64,000 nucleotides of DNA, taken from NCBI GenBank assembly GCA_965204055.1, contig OZ241967.1:1252286-1316285 (forward strand), read 5' to 3'. The position numbers were made by a program, and so were the translations under genes. Shown here in pieces: positions 48,101-57,038 of the stretch (the first letter of the stretch is position 1; every line of letters begins with the position of its first letter). The notes under the pieces are model-generated. The model did not search any database, was not told where the DNA came from, and worked only from the letters and a program-made list of their open reading frames with translations. Source of the stretch: Bdellovibrionales bacterium. Lineage in GTDB: Bacteria; Bdellovibrionota; Bdellovibrionia; Bdellovibrionales; UBA1609.

Positions 48101-48435
48101 TGAAAGTTCGTCCTTTGTCTCCTGACAAAAAGGATGGTTCTTTAGAGGCTGTTCCTTTTTCACAACCTGCTGTGGAAGCTGAAAATTCAAACAAATTCAA
48201 TATAAAGCCAAATCCACGAGGTTTAAAAGGGGAGTATGGTGTAAAGGATTTTGAACATTTAGCCATTCAAATAAGCGAAAGCTTTGACAAATTTAAAAAT
48301 TTTTACAGTAATTCAGACGAAAAAAGGCAGTTAAAAATGGATATGTATCAGATTCTTTCTGAACATATACCGGACGAAAGGTTAGTAGTTGTCTCAGAGG
48401 AAATAATAAGATTAATTGAGGAAATGAAAAAATGA
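45124..48435 (+). CDS. hsdR: Type I restriction endonuclease subunit R
   Basis: RPDVLFLING..VENK, WHTQGSGKT, IDEAHRS, GFTGTP, LLTGYDAP, LQAVSRVNR. Confidence 0.95.
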   Translation: MEMGKIIAESKTVEEPLVKYAQKAGWEYVPPKTALHLRKGESGKLFYSVLKDSLIKLNSDFLNEHNVSALVQKIDDTDDTIEGNKQTLKWVRGQELFFDTQEKRNRNVHLIDFLNLENNVFHVTQQWSYENLYKKNRPDVLFLINGMPFAIVENKKPGIKNSMEQAIAQLKRLQQEIPEMMSFPQVFNITDALEYFYGVTWNYTRKNIFNWKKEARTQEGSNVVFHGTAKLSSASGKVLDSRLRENDSEHKKNEVGKNDVSSGNDKQIESERRTKHISLEEAVLTFFEKRRFLKMIKDWILFYYKENELEKTILKQHQTRAIEKIINRCNEQHKNRALIWHTQGSGKTFTMLTTAKLILESNPQATVMVIVDRNELEGQLAIWVKRLIEEVEIGGISVEQADSKKILEKLLKNDFRGLIVSMLHKFKDIPANICNRSDFYVFIDEAHRSVEGDLGNYLTGTLPQATFVGFTGTPIDKTSKGRGTFKVFGKDDTPKGYLDKYSISESIEDGTTVRLKYSLAPNKMRVEEQLLDKEFFQIADTEGISDIETLNKVLSRSAKLRTFLKSSNRIDTVAKYVANHFKQNVQPLGYKAFLVAVDRSACALYKQALDRYLSSKMSQVVYTKGHNDSELLQQYYLSKEEEATIRKQFKKPDVEPQILIVTDKLLTGYDAPILYFMYMDKPMRDHVLLQAVSRVNRPYEDKRGRIKPCGLIVDFVGVFKSMKKALSFDSDEVNAVIEDLDQLLQQFKNMMENNMKAYLFFKRRDSRPTPARGQALCGSDLQNGNNQPAESADKFLEKLIYETLLDTKEREKFIEKFKELESLYEILSPDPRLRPYMDDYKNIAEIYKVVRKLYEEKTDFISDVCRKTEKLIQESAELITFPGITKTYEINTDTLRKIKESQSLDNKEIISLIRSIQTEADKKSKQEPYLIFLSERSQKIMQDFERKQKRAKEVIEAVSNLMDEKILMQKEREQSKLSHQEFTIAWALYRSSLKVRPLSPDKKDGSLEAVPFSQPAVEAENSNKFNIKPNPRGLKGEYGVKDFEHLAIQISESFDKFKNFYSNSDEKRQLKMDMYQILSEHIPDERLVVVSEEIIRLIEEMKK

Positions 48436-48761
48436 AAATAGATAAAGAGATACAGCAATTTAAAAATGAGGTAAAAATATGGTCTAAAAAACTTAATGTT
48501 TTTCCGTCCGATGTTAGGTTAGAAAAAATACAGCAATGGGGAACTTGCTCTCGAAATGGGGTGGTGTGTTTTAATAGTGATTTATTATTCAAACGAAAAG
48601 AGCTTCAGGTATATGTGATTGTGCATGAGCTTTTACATTTAAAAATTTCTAATCACGGAAAGCTGTTTCAGGTGTTAATGAGTATTTATGTGCCCAATTG
48701 GAGAGAACTACACAAAGAGTTAAATACCTTAGACACAAAGGAAAGTGATATAAGTATTTAG
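48432..48761 (+). CDS. Short YgjP/DUF45-like zinc metallopeptidase-fold protein
   Basis: WGTCS, FNSDL, YVIVHELLHL..NHGK.F; overlaps the hsdR stop. Confidence 0.8.
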   Translation: MKIDKEIQQFKNEVKIWSKKLNVFPSDVRLEKIQQWGTCSRNGVVCFNSDLLFKRKELQVYVIVHELLHLKISNHGKLFQVLMSIYVPNWRELHKELNTLDTKESDISI

Positions 48762-48816
48762 TTGTCCGTGATACACAGTTGTTTTAAGGTTTATTTTTCA
48801 TGCTTTAACTTTCTGT

Positions 48817-49560
48817 TTAAACTTGAAAAAAAGAATCAAGAGCTTGTGCACGTTCTTCCCAGTCGGGCATTACTGTGCTTAAAAAATGATAAAATTTCCT
48901 GGAATGATTTTTATGCTTTAAGTGGCAAAGTTCGTGCATAATAATATACTCAATACAATGAGAAGGCAGTTGAAAAATCTCCGGGTTTAACAAGATAGTT
49001 CCTTTAAAGGTACAACTCCCCCATCGCCTTTTCATATATCGCAAATAATAAAGTGGTTTTGGAATGCCGTATTTTTTAATTTGCGCATAACATTGTTCAA
49101 ATTTTTGAGCTATATACAGCATGGCCTCGTTCCTTAGCCAGTCTTCTATAAGTAAACTAACTCGTTCTCTCTGATTGCTGTCGCGGATATGAACTTTTAT
49201 GATCTTTTGTTCTTTTATTATTTGTTCTTCTTCAAAATCTGGTATTTGAACAATTTTTATCATATAATCTCGGCCCAAAATTTTTACAGTCTGGCCACCT
49301 GTATATTCTGTAATTTGCTCCATAGGTTGATACCTTTCCATTTTTTTTAGTTGTTTGACAATCCACTGGCTTTTTCGATTCACCACGCTTTGGATTAATG
49401 CAAAATCCGTGCCAAACGGGGCAGTAACTTCTATTTTTTTATCAAGACACACCGCAATACCGATGGTTTTTCTGTTTGAATACTTTAAAGAAACAGAAAA
49501 TGACTGATTTCCATACTGAAAAGAATGTATTTGCTGAAAAGAATGTATGTCGCGTTGCAT
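48817..49560 (-). CDS. YgjP/DUF45 (M48-like) metallopeptidase-fold protein
   Basis: RKTIGI, MKRRWGSC, YIIMHELCHL..NHS..FY..MPDW. Confidence 0.88.
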   Translation of the reverse strand: MQRDIHSFQQIHSFQYGNQSFSVSLKYSNRKTIGIAVCLDKKIEVTAPFGTDFALIQSVVNRKSQWIVKQLKKMERYQPMEQITEYTGGQTVKILGRDYMIKIVQIPDFEEEQIIKEQKIIKVHIRDSNQRERVSLLIEDWLRNEAMLYIAQKFEQCYAQIKKYGIPKPLYYLRYMKRRWGSCTFKGTILLNPEIFQLPSHCIEYIIMHELCHLKHKNHSRKFYHFLSTVMPDWEERAQALDSFFQV

Positions 49561-49617
49561 CGTATTTCCTTTTTTTGTTAATTTTGTCAGTCCTGCGCAA
49601 TCAGGAACTTCCTTTAT

Positions 49618-52600
49618 TTATTCTGCAAAAGTGCTGGAATTTGAGTAATGGCTTTTAGCAGTTTTAATGGCCTCTTCCATAATCCGGTCAATGGAGTCAA
49701 AATCAATACAGAGATCTGTCTCCTCTTTTTGTTTATAAAGGTAATCTTCTATCTCATTTTTAATCTTGTTTTGAATATCTCTATTCCTGATCCAATCCAC
49801 AATAAAGTGCTGTTTAATAATCTGAGAAAGGGCAATGCTCATCTCCACCAGTTTATTGTTTATCAGTTTTTCATTCTGATTTTCGGCAGTTTTCAAATCT
49901 TTTGTTGATGGTTTTTTTAATTGTTTAGATCTATTTTTCGGCCTCCTGGTTTTTTTATACTCATAAGCGGGTTCTGCATTATCCTTGCCTGGTGGTTTTT
50001 CTGGCCAAAGTATTTTTTTTAAAATACCGAAAAAAGCCTTTGCTTCTTCTTTGTTTTTTAAAGCGGGAGGAGTTTCATCACTCGTTCGGGTTAAAGCTGT
50101 ATCCTTTAATTTTTTAGCTTGTTGTAAAAACTCTTGTTCACTTATTCGCCCTCTCCGGTATTCGTCTAAAGTTTTCTGAAGAAGAGCAGAAAGTTTTTCG
50201 TAAAACACATGGTCTTTTTCGATATTTTCTGCAATGTATTTTTTTGCAGAATGTATAATCATCAAGGCTTGGGATTGAGCACTTTTTCCTTTTAATTTCT
50301 GATTAAATTTATTATCGTAAATATTGATTAAGGGGACAACTGTTTGTATTTTTTCCGCTTGAACATAAGTGTTTAACAGTCGCTCAATTTTTGGTTCGTA
50401 ATCTTTATAAGGGACACTCTCCGCAAAAACTTGCTGAATATGGTTTTTTAACTGACAAAAAAACTTTAATTCTTCTTTGTATTTTTTTATTTTATCTTTT
50501 GGGGTTTTAGTAATAAACTCTGCGGAAGAAAGTGCCCGATGCAGGTTGTTTCCAAAAGTAGAAAATTTTTCATAAAAATCTTCTCTCTTATCTTTTTCAA
50601 ATAGTATGTTTTCATAAGAGCTTTTGTCCCTTTTATTTTTTATTGAGCTAAATAAAGAAGTCAAATTTGAGTAATATTGAGGTAGCTTGTCAATTTCCTG
50701 CTTTATTTTGCAAAAAGAATCTTCAACCTCTTTCTTGTTAAACAAATCAAATTCCATATTCTGTGCTCTTTCAGCTAAACTATCGTAATGGGAAACTGCA
50801 TCTAAAAGTTGTTTCAGATTGCCATGATAATCAATCACATAACCAAAGTCTTTTTTGTCAAAGATCCTATTTACTCTTCCGGTAGCCTGTAACAAAGTAT
50901 GTTCTTTTATATCTTTGTCTAAATAAAGCACAGTATTTCTGGGAACATCAAAACCAGTTAAAAGTTTATTAACTACTATTAAAATATCTGGTTCTTCTGG
51001 ACTTTTAAACTTGGCTATTATCTCTTTTTCGTAATTTTTATGGTCACCAAAATTTTCTTTTATTCTTCTCTCATATCTTTGCAGATCTGTTTCATCTTCA
51101 TGGATATGTTTATTATCTTGTCTATCATCCGTTCGAGAGACAATAACTTCTGTGGAAATCTCTCCTATTTCATCAAGGTATTTTTTATATTTAAAAGCGG
51201 TGGCAATACTATGTACAGCTAACAGTCCTTTAAACCCTGTGCCTTTCCATGTTCTGGAGAAATGGGCACTTATATCCATAGCAATCATGTAAACCCTTTG
51301 GTCTGTTTTAGCTAATTGATTATTACGATTATATTTGTTTTTTAGATCGACTTTTTGATCTTCAGAAAGGTTGTTTGTAATTCGCTCAAACATTCTGTCT
51401 AATAGATTTTTGGTTATTTGCTGGGCTACCACCCGCCCCTCATATAAAAGTGGTAAAGTAGCTTTATCACTTAAAGCGTCTCGGCTGGTATAGGGGCTAC
51501 CAATAAAATCTCCAAACTTGCGCATAGTGTGTCTTTCTTGTTTCGTTAGCGGTGTACCTGTATAGGCAATAAAACAGGCATTAGGGCAGACCTTGCGGAG
51601 TTTAGCACTGGCTTCTCCGTATTGTGTTCTATGGGCTTCATCCACCAATACAATAATATCGTTGGATGTTAATTTTACTCCTTTGGCATTGGCGGCAGAG
51701 TCAAACTTAAAAATAGTGGTGGCAATTACGGTTTCTTTAGCAGATTTTAAAATTTCGATAAGATGAGTGCCGGTTTTTGCTTGTGTTAGGGGCACTTGGC
51801 AATTATTAAATGTTTTATAAATTTGTGTGTCCAGGTTTACTCTGTCTGTGACTAAAATAACTTTAGGTTCTTTTATCTTTGGCTCCATAGCTATAGCTTT
51901 GGCCAGCAAAACCATAGAAAGAGATTTGCCACTCCCTTGGGTGTGCCAGATCACCCCATCCGGTCGTTTTTGATCTAATGCTACATTGGTCATTTTATCA
52001 AGAGCAGATTTTACAGAAAAATACTGCTGATAGCGGGCTATTTTTTTAGTGCCTGCTGAGTAAAGAATAAACTGCTTGATAAACTCTAATACTCTCTTAG
52101 GCTGGCAAAGGCTGTAAAGCATTATGTCCTGATCTGTAATTTGTCTTGGAGATTTTTCTAAATCTTCAAAGTGTTTTTGCAAATATTTATACCTTCCTGC
52201 AAACAGTTTATCTTTTTTTTCCTGTGGAAGGGGGGTGTTTACCAAATTCGTTATGCCTGCTTGTTCTGTCGTGTTTGCTTGTTCTGTCGTGTTTGCTTGT
52301 TCTGTCGTGTTTGCTTGTTCTGTCGTGTTTGCTTGTTCTGTCGTGTTTGCTTGTTCTGTCGTGTTTGCTTGTTCTGTCGTGTTTGCTTGTTCTGTCGTGT
52401 TTGCTTGTTCTGTCGTGTTTGCTTGTTCTGTCCTATCTGTTTTCTTTGTTATACCTGCGTCTGCAGGAATTTCTTTCAACAGTTTTGCTTCATCCAGTCC
52501 TTCTTCTTTCCAGGGGTACCAAAAAGCTCTTTTTGTTCCTGTAGTTCCATACATAGAGCGATTTTTATTTATATTTGTAGGGCACAAAGCTATTAAAATT

Positions 52601-53217
52601 TGAGAGAATACAAACAAATGAGGTATTTCTAAGTTTTTTTGATTTCTAATGTGCTGGGATATAGCTTCTTCTACAGGATCATTTATGTTTACTCTTTTAC
52701 ATTCTATAACCACTACCGGGATGCCATTAATAAACAACACAATATCTGGTCGTCTTGTGCTTTCATCAAAGCGACGAGTTTCTACATTGTATTCATCTGT
52801 TACATGGTATGTGTTGTTTTCTGGATTTTTCCAATCAATATATTTAAGGTCATAACTTTTTTTATTTCCTTTTATGTTTGCATGAAAACTTTTTCCCAAA
52901 GTAAGAAGATCAAAAACTTTTTCACTGGTTTTAATTAGTCCCTCAAAGGGTATGTTTTTTAGCTCGTAAATGGCATTTGATATATTTGTATCTGTAAACG
53001 AATAAACATCATTCTTGTATTTTATTTGATTAATTTTTTTAAGTTGGGTTTCCAAAATATCTTCTAATAGGACATTCCTAGCACTGTTTTTACGAAAGTT
53101 AAGGGCTTCTTCTGGTTCTAAGTAAATCCATCCCATGTTTTGCAAAAGCTGAAGGGCGGGGATTTGTGAGCTTTCATCTTCCCTAAAAGAAGGGCGTGCT
53201 ATAGTCTCTTTTTGCAC
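49618..53217 (-). CDS. hsdR: Second type I restriction endonuclease subunit R
   Basis: RRPDIVLFINGIP..IECK, WHTQGSGKS, VDEAHR, YTGTP, LLTGFDVP, LQATGRVNR; AAGGAG RBS before GTG. Confidence 0.95.
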   Translation of the reverse strand: MQKETIARPSFREDESSQIPALQLLQNMGWIYLEPEEALNFRKNSARNVLLEDILETQLKKINQIKYKNDVYSFTDTNISNAIYELKNIPFEGLIKTSEKVFDLLTLGKSFHANIKGNKKSYDLKYIDWKNPENNTYHVTDEYNVETRRFDESTRRPDIVLFINGIPVVVIECKRVNINDPVEEAISQHIRNQKNLEIPHLFVFSQILIALCPTNINKNRSMYGTTGTKRAFWYPWKEEGLDEAKLLKEIPADAGITKKTDRTEQANTTEQANTTEQANTTEQANTTEQANTTEQANTTEQANTTEQANTTEQANTTEQAGITNLVNTPLPQEKKDKLFAGRYKYLQKHFEDLEKSPRQITDQDIMLYSLCQPKRVLEFIKQFILYSAGTKKIARYQQYFSVKSALDKMTNVALDQKRPDGVIWHTQGSGKSLSMVLLAKAIAMEPKIKEPKVILVTDRVNLDTQIYKTFNNCQVPLTQAKTGTHLIEILKSAKETVIATTIFKFDSAANAKGVKLTSNDIIVLVDEAHRTQYGEASAKLRKVCPNACFIAYTGTPLTKQERHTMRKFGDFIGSPYTSRDALSDKATLPLLYEGRVVAQQITKNLLDRMFERITNNLSEDQKVDLKNKYNRNNQLAKTDQRVYMIAMDISAHFSRTWKGTGFKGLLAVHSIATAFKYKKYLDEIGEISTEVIVSRTDDRQDNKHIHEDETDLQRYERRIKENFGDHKNYEKEIIAKFKSPEEPDILIVVNKLLTGFDVPRNTVLYLDKDIKEHTLLQATGRVNRIFDKKDFGYVIDYHGNLKQLLDAVSHYDSLAERAQNMEFDLFNKKEVEDSFCKIKQEIDKLPQYYSNLTSLFSSIKNKRDKSSYENILFEKDKREDFYEKFSTFGNNLHRALSSAEFITKTPKDKIKKYKEELKFFCQLKNHIQQVFAESVPYKDYEPKIERLLNTYVQAEKIQTVVPLINIYDNKFNQKLKGKSAQSQALMIIHSAKKYIAENIEKDHVFYEKLSALLQKTLDEYRRGRISEQEFLQQAKKLKDTALTRTSDETPPALKNKEEAKAFFGILKKILWPEKPPGKDNAEPAYEYKKTRRPKNRSKQLKKPSTKDLKTAENQNEKLINNKLVEMSIALSQIIKQHFIVDWIRNRDIQNKIKNEIEDYLYKQKEETDLCIDFDSIDRIMEEAIKTAKSHYSNSSTFAE
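52259..52432. repeat. 18-bp tandem repeat GCTTGTTCTGTCGTGTTT x9 plus partial, inside hsdR
   Basis: Directly visible; encodes (EQANTT)n in frame. Confidence 0.97.
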
Positions 53218-53431
53218 TTTATATTTCTCCTTTTTGCTGTAAGTTCTTCTTTTTAGTTTTTTGTCCTATTTGTCTTCTTTGTCTTACTTTTGCCTACTCT
53301 GTCCTACTTGCTTTTTTTGTCGTTCTCGCTTCTGGTGTCATTCTTTCTAAAGCGAGAGAGTCTCTTTTATATTTGTTATTGTCATGAGCTTTGTTATTTT
53401 TTTTCATTGTAAAAAAAAGATGGCTTTTAAC

Positions 53432-54262
53432 TTAAAGATTTTCTCCAATACTCTGGTTTAAGTCTATTTTATTATTTTTAGACTCAATACCTTGTTTCAA
53501 CATAGTAATAATATTTTCTGAAAACAAGTTTTCTAAATGGTTGGTGTTATTAGTGTCCGCAAACTGAATGGCTTTTATATACTTTTCCCTGTTATTTAAT
53601 ACCATTGGTAAAAAATCCAGTCGTATCAAAACATACGCTAACAAGAGGCGCGCTACTCGGCCATTCCCATCATCAAAGGGATGAATGTGGATAAAGCTTT
53701 GATGTAGTTCCACTAAAAAGGGAACCAAGGTTTTATGTTGTTCTTTTTTGTTTTTTTCAAGCCATGCTTGCATCCATTTTACCAGCTCTGTCATTTTAAT
53801 AGGTGTTTCTTCGGGAGTGGCAAAATGAAATATCTCTCCAGTTTGCGTTACCACATGGTTAGGCAGGGTTTTATATTTTCCCGGTATAATTTTTTTTCGC
53901 GTTATTTTTCCTTCAGTAGTTTTTGCAGGGGAGTAGAACGGTTCTTTAAGGCAAATTTTATTTAAGTCTCTGATGTCTGCTTCAGTGAGGGTTCTATCTT
54001 TTTTTGCCAACTCACACATATATTTAAAGGCTACATTATGAGCTTTCATTTCTTCATACTCTCTCAGTGTGTGTTCTCCTGTAGTTCGACCATGAATAAG
54101 CAAAAGCTTTGTTTCATTATAGACAAGCGTATTGCCTTCAAATTGATTAGAATGATGGTTAAACCGCAATCTAATCCACTGCCAAAGAGCTTGATAATTT
54201 TCTTTTGGAAGGGGTTGAATCGCCAGCCATTTTTTGTGCCATTTTATAAGTTCTAAGGACAT
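53432..54262 (-). CDS. Fic family protein
   Basis: HSNQFEGN, HPFDDGNGRVAR; likely start MSLELIKW at 54262. Confidence 0.92.
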   Translation of the reverse strand: MSLELIKWHKKWLAIQPLPKENYQALWQWIRLRFNHHSNQFEGNTLVYNETKLLLIHGRTTGEHTLREYEEMKAHNVAFKYMCELAKKDRTLTEADIRDLNKICLKEPFYSPAKTTEGKITRKKIIPGKYKTLPNHVVTQTGEIFHFATPEETPIKMTELVKWMQAWLEKNKKEQHKTLVPFLVELHQSFIHIHPFDDGNGRVARLLLAYVLIRLDFLPMVLNNREKYIKAIQFADTNNTNHLENLFSENIITMLKQGIESKNNKIDLNQSIGENL

Positions 54263-54446
54263 AGTTTTTACCACTTTCTTTTTGTATGTTGTATTTTCTT
54301 TTCTTTTATATGTTATTATTACAATGTTTTGGACATCAAAAACCAAGCCAGCCTTTTATGCTTATTATCAGGACTAAAGCGCAGGTTTGACGCACCGCCA
54401 ACCATTTTGCCGATGCCGGCAAAATGGTCAAAATGTAAAACAGTTA

Positions 54447-54845
54447 TTACCAATAATAAGGCTCCAGTTTCCAAAGATCAGCAATACTGATTTGTCCCAT
54501 GTAGCTTAAAATTTTCAAAGGGTGATCTCCGAGGGTTAGATTATGTTCTTTTAATTTTTTCATACAATCCTTTCTATTTTTGTTGGGAAGCCTGGCTGAA
54601 AATGGATACCAGAGTTTCTGGCTGTAGTAGATTTTACCTATTTCCACAGATTCACCAAGGGGCAAGTCTATATTAAAAGGCATCATTCCTTTATAATTTT
54701 TAAATTTCTCATGGTAAATAAGGCCATAATTTTTTTTATCTTTATCATAAAATAAAGTGGCTACAGGATGAGCATCCATAACAACATTTAATACTGGAAC
54801 ATTTTTTGGAGATTTAGAAATAATTTTTTTTAAGATTTCTTCCAT
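54447..54845 (-). CDS. HipA N-terminal-domain-like (HipS-like) protein
   Basis: VATL......YGLIY, Y.S..LWYPFSARLP..NR.D; lies directly downstream of the kinase. Confidence 0.55.
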   Translation of the reverse strand: MEEILKKIISKSPKNVPVLNVVMDAHPVATLFYDKDKKNYGLIYHEKFKNYKGMMPFNIDLPLGESVEIGKIYYSQKLWYPFSARLPNKNRKDCMKKLKEHNLTLGDHPLKILSYMGQISIADLWKLEPYYW

Positions 54846-54884
54846 AGTATATATCCTTTTTTAAGTAAAAATTCTGATTTTTTC

Positions 54885-55928
54885 TTAAATATTTTTCCTC
54901 GTTATTATTTTCATACCAATGCTATGCCTTTTGTTCAATATTTTCAATATAATTTGTTTTCTTGTTTTTGTTAAAAATGGAAAGAATGTTTTTAAAATAA
55001 CTTGAGTTATACAAGGATTGTATTTTATAAACGCCAAACTGATAGAAGCTTTATACTTGTTCATATTTTTGTCTTCCAAAATATATTTCAATAAATCAAA
55101 ATGAGTAGAGCAATAATCTCCCGGAACTGTAATTTTACATAGCCCTTTTATTTTCGCTTTACTTTGATACCAATCTTCATCATCTAATTGTAAAAGTTTA
55201 TTTTTTAGTTTTAAATCTTCAGTTATTTCTGTCAAGTACCCAGATGCAGTATCATATATAGGTGCAAATTTCACATTATTTTCTTTGGACTTTGAGCTAA
55301 GAAATCCATAATTACACCAATGACGATCTCCATGTCCTATCAAAGCATCAAATCCGATCATTGTAAAAAAATTTTCTAATACATCATCACTATAACCTTC
55401 GTTTTTTATAATATTAAAAATATTTTTTATGTTATGTTCTTTCAAGATTGCAATACTCCCTCCTTTTCTTTCATCTAAATCTGGTTGACCACTGTAACGG
55501 CATATCAAAATCTTCATTTCTGTTAATCCAAAAGGTTGTTTTCCGTATTCGTTTAGAAAGCTTTTACATAAAATTCCTTTAGTGTTCCTGAATTTAGCCG
55601 GAAAATACTGAACATGGTTAATTTTTAATTCATTGGCTAAAACACTGTTAAAAACTTCTGTATAAATTTCCATTTTCCCATATTTTGGTTTTTTAAAAAG
55701 ATACAATTCTTTTTGGTCTACTTTATAAAAGAGTGCTTTTTCTCTTGCTCCTCTCATTTCAAAATTTTTGGAACTCCACACCTTTTCATCCAGTAAATTA
55801 AATCTGTCTCTATATAAATCATTTTCAACAACTAAAGTTTTTAATAAAAATGAAGACATTAGATTGTTATCCTTAATAATGTTTTGTTTAGCCAAAACTC
55901 CACACCTTTTTTTGTTCGCCTGGAGCAC
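54885..55928 (-). CDS. HipA-like / PI3K-fold kinase lacking its N-terminal domain
   Basis: GAREK, LFK, E.F...LA..L, FDALIGHGDRHWCNYG, FAPIYDTAS; likely start MSSF at 55859. Confidence 0.8.
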   Translation of the reverse strand: MLQANKKRCGVLAKQNIIKDNNLMSSFLLKTLVVENDLYRDRFNLLDEKVWSSKNFEMRGAREKALFYKVDQKELYLFKKPKYGKMEIYTEVFNSVLANELKINHVQYFPAKFRNTKGILCKSFLNEYGKQPFGLTEMKILICRYSGQPDLDERKGGSIAILKEHNIKNIFNIIKNEGYSDDVLENFFTMIGFDALIGHGDRHWCNYGFLSSKSKENNVKFAPIYDTASGYLTEITEDLKLKNKLLQLDDEDWYQSKAKIKGLCKITVPGDYCSTHFDLLKYILEDKNMNKYKASISLAFIKYNPCITQVILKTFFPFLTKTRKQIILKILNKRHSIGMKIITRKNI

Positions 55929-55968
55929 ATTTCAAACCTATTGATAAGTGTCTGTATCATTTTTGTTT

Positions 55969-56979
55969 TCATATTTCTTGCTCCTCTGAAGTGTTATTTT
56001 TATCAGGGTTTTTCTTTTTATTTTTTCCAAGATCTAAAAAAGTTCCTGAAGTATCTATTTTTTCGGCAGGGTTTTTCTTAATAGCGTTTATAATGACTGA
56101 TATAAGTTCCAACTTTTTTTCTTTGTTTTGTTCAGGATTATCCTTTGTTAATTTATCAATTTGTTTTAAAAACCCGTCAAAAATAGTCATTACTCTTTAC
56201 TTATGATGATATTCTTCTTTTATGCGGTTTGTTTGCGATATGGATTTTTGGCAATACCAGGCAATCCATACTAAAGGCAAGCCTACTATTGTTCGAGTAA
56301 CTATATTCATCCAAGTAATTTCTGGAAATATAAAAAAGAAACCAAAATATCCAAACATTAAAATAACCAGTGAAGTAATAAATCCAAACCAATACCCTTT
56401 TGTTTTCTTTTCTGTGTGCGCTTTATGGTAACTTCCTGCTAAGCCCGCAGAGGTTGCTCCTGGTAAAAGATCTTCTATTTTTTTAAAAAGCTCTTGATAC
56501 TGTTGTTGTTTTTCTGAAATAATTTTTGTTTCAGTGTCATGCTGTTCTTTTATTTCAACGGTTAATTGTTTAGCTGTATTTTTCTGTTCCTCTATCTCTG
56601 AAAAACAAGTGTTGGTAGCTTCACTTTGTTTTTGTATTGCATCAATTAATTCACCAGCTTTTTTTTGCTGTTCTTGTATCTCTGAAACAGAGGTTTTAGA
56701 ATCATCATGCCATTTTTGAACTTCAGAATTGAGGTTTTTTACATTTTCATGTTGTTTTGATATTTCATCAGATAAAGTATTTGCAGTCTTTTTATGAGCT
56801 TGTATCTTTAAAAGTTCTGTATTCAGTTCCTTACACTGCTTTTCTATTTCATCAGTTAATTCTTTAGCCGTATCATGTTGTTTTTGTATTCCATTAACTA
56901 AATTATCTAATAGTTCTAATAACTCTTGTTTTTTCATATACCGAGGTGCGCTATTTTCCATTTTAATATTCCTTTCCAA
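55969..56979 (-). pseudogene. Coiled-coil + 2TM protein split by one in-frame TAA
   Basis: ..KEEYHHK-TAA-RVMTIFDGF.. continues in the same frame into the 55969-56190 ORF. Confidence 0.7.
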
Positions 56980-57038
56980 AATTTTACAGTTCTTTTATAT
57001 TATATTTTTATAGTTGTTTGTCTAATCTACTAAGCAAA

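Noticed and set aside
52146-52603. Three plus-strand ORFs over the hsdR repeat
   Set aside because: Shadows of the 18-bp repeat, antisense to hsdR.
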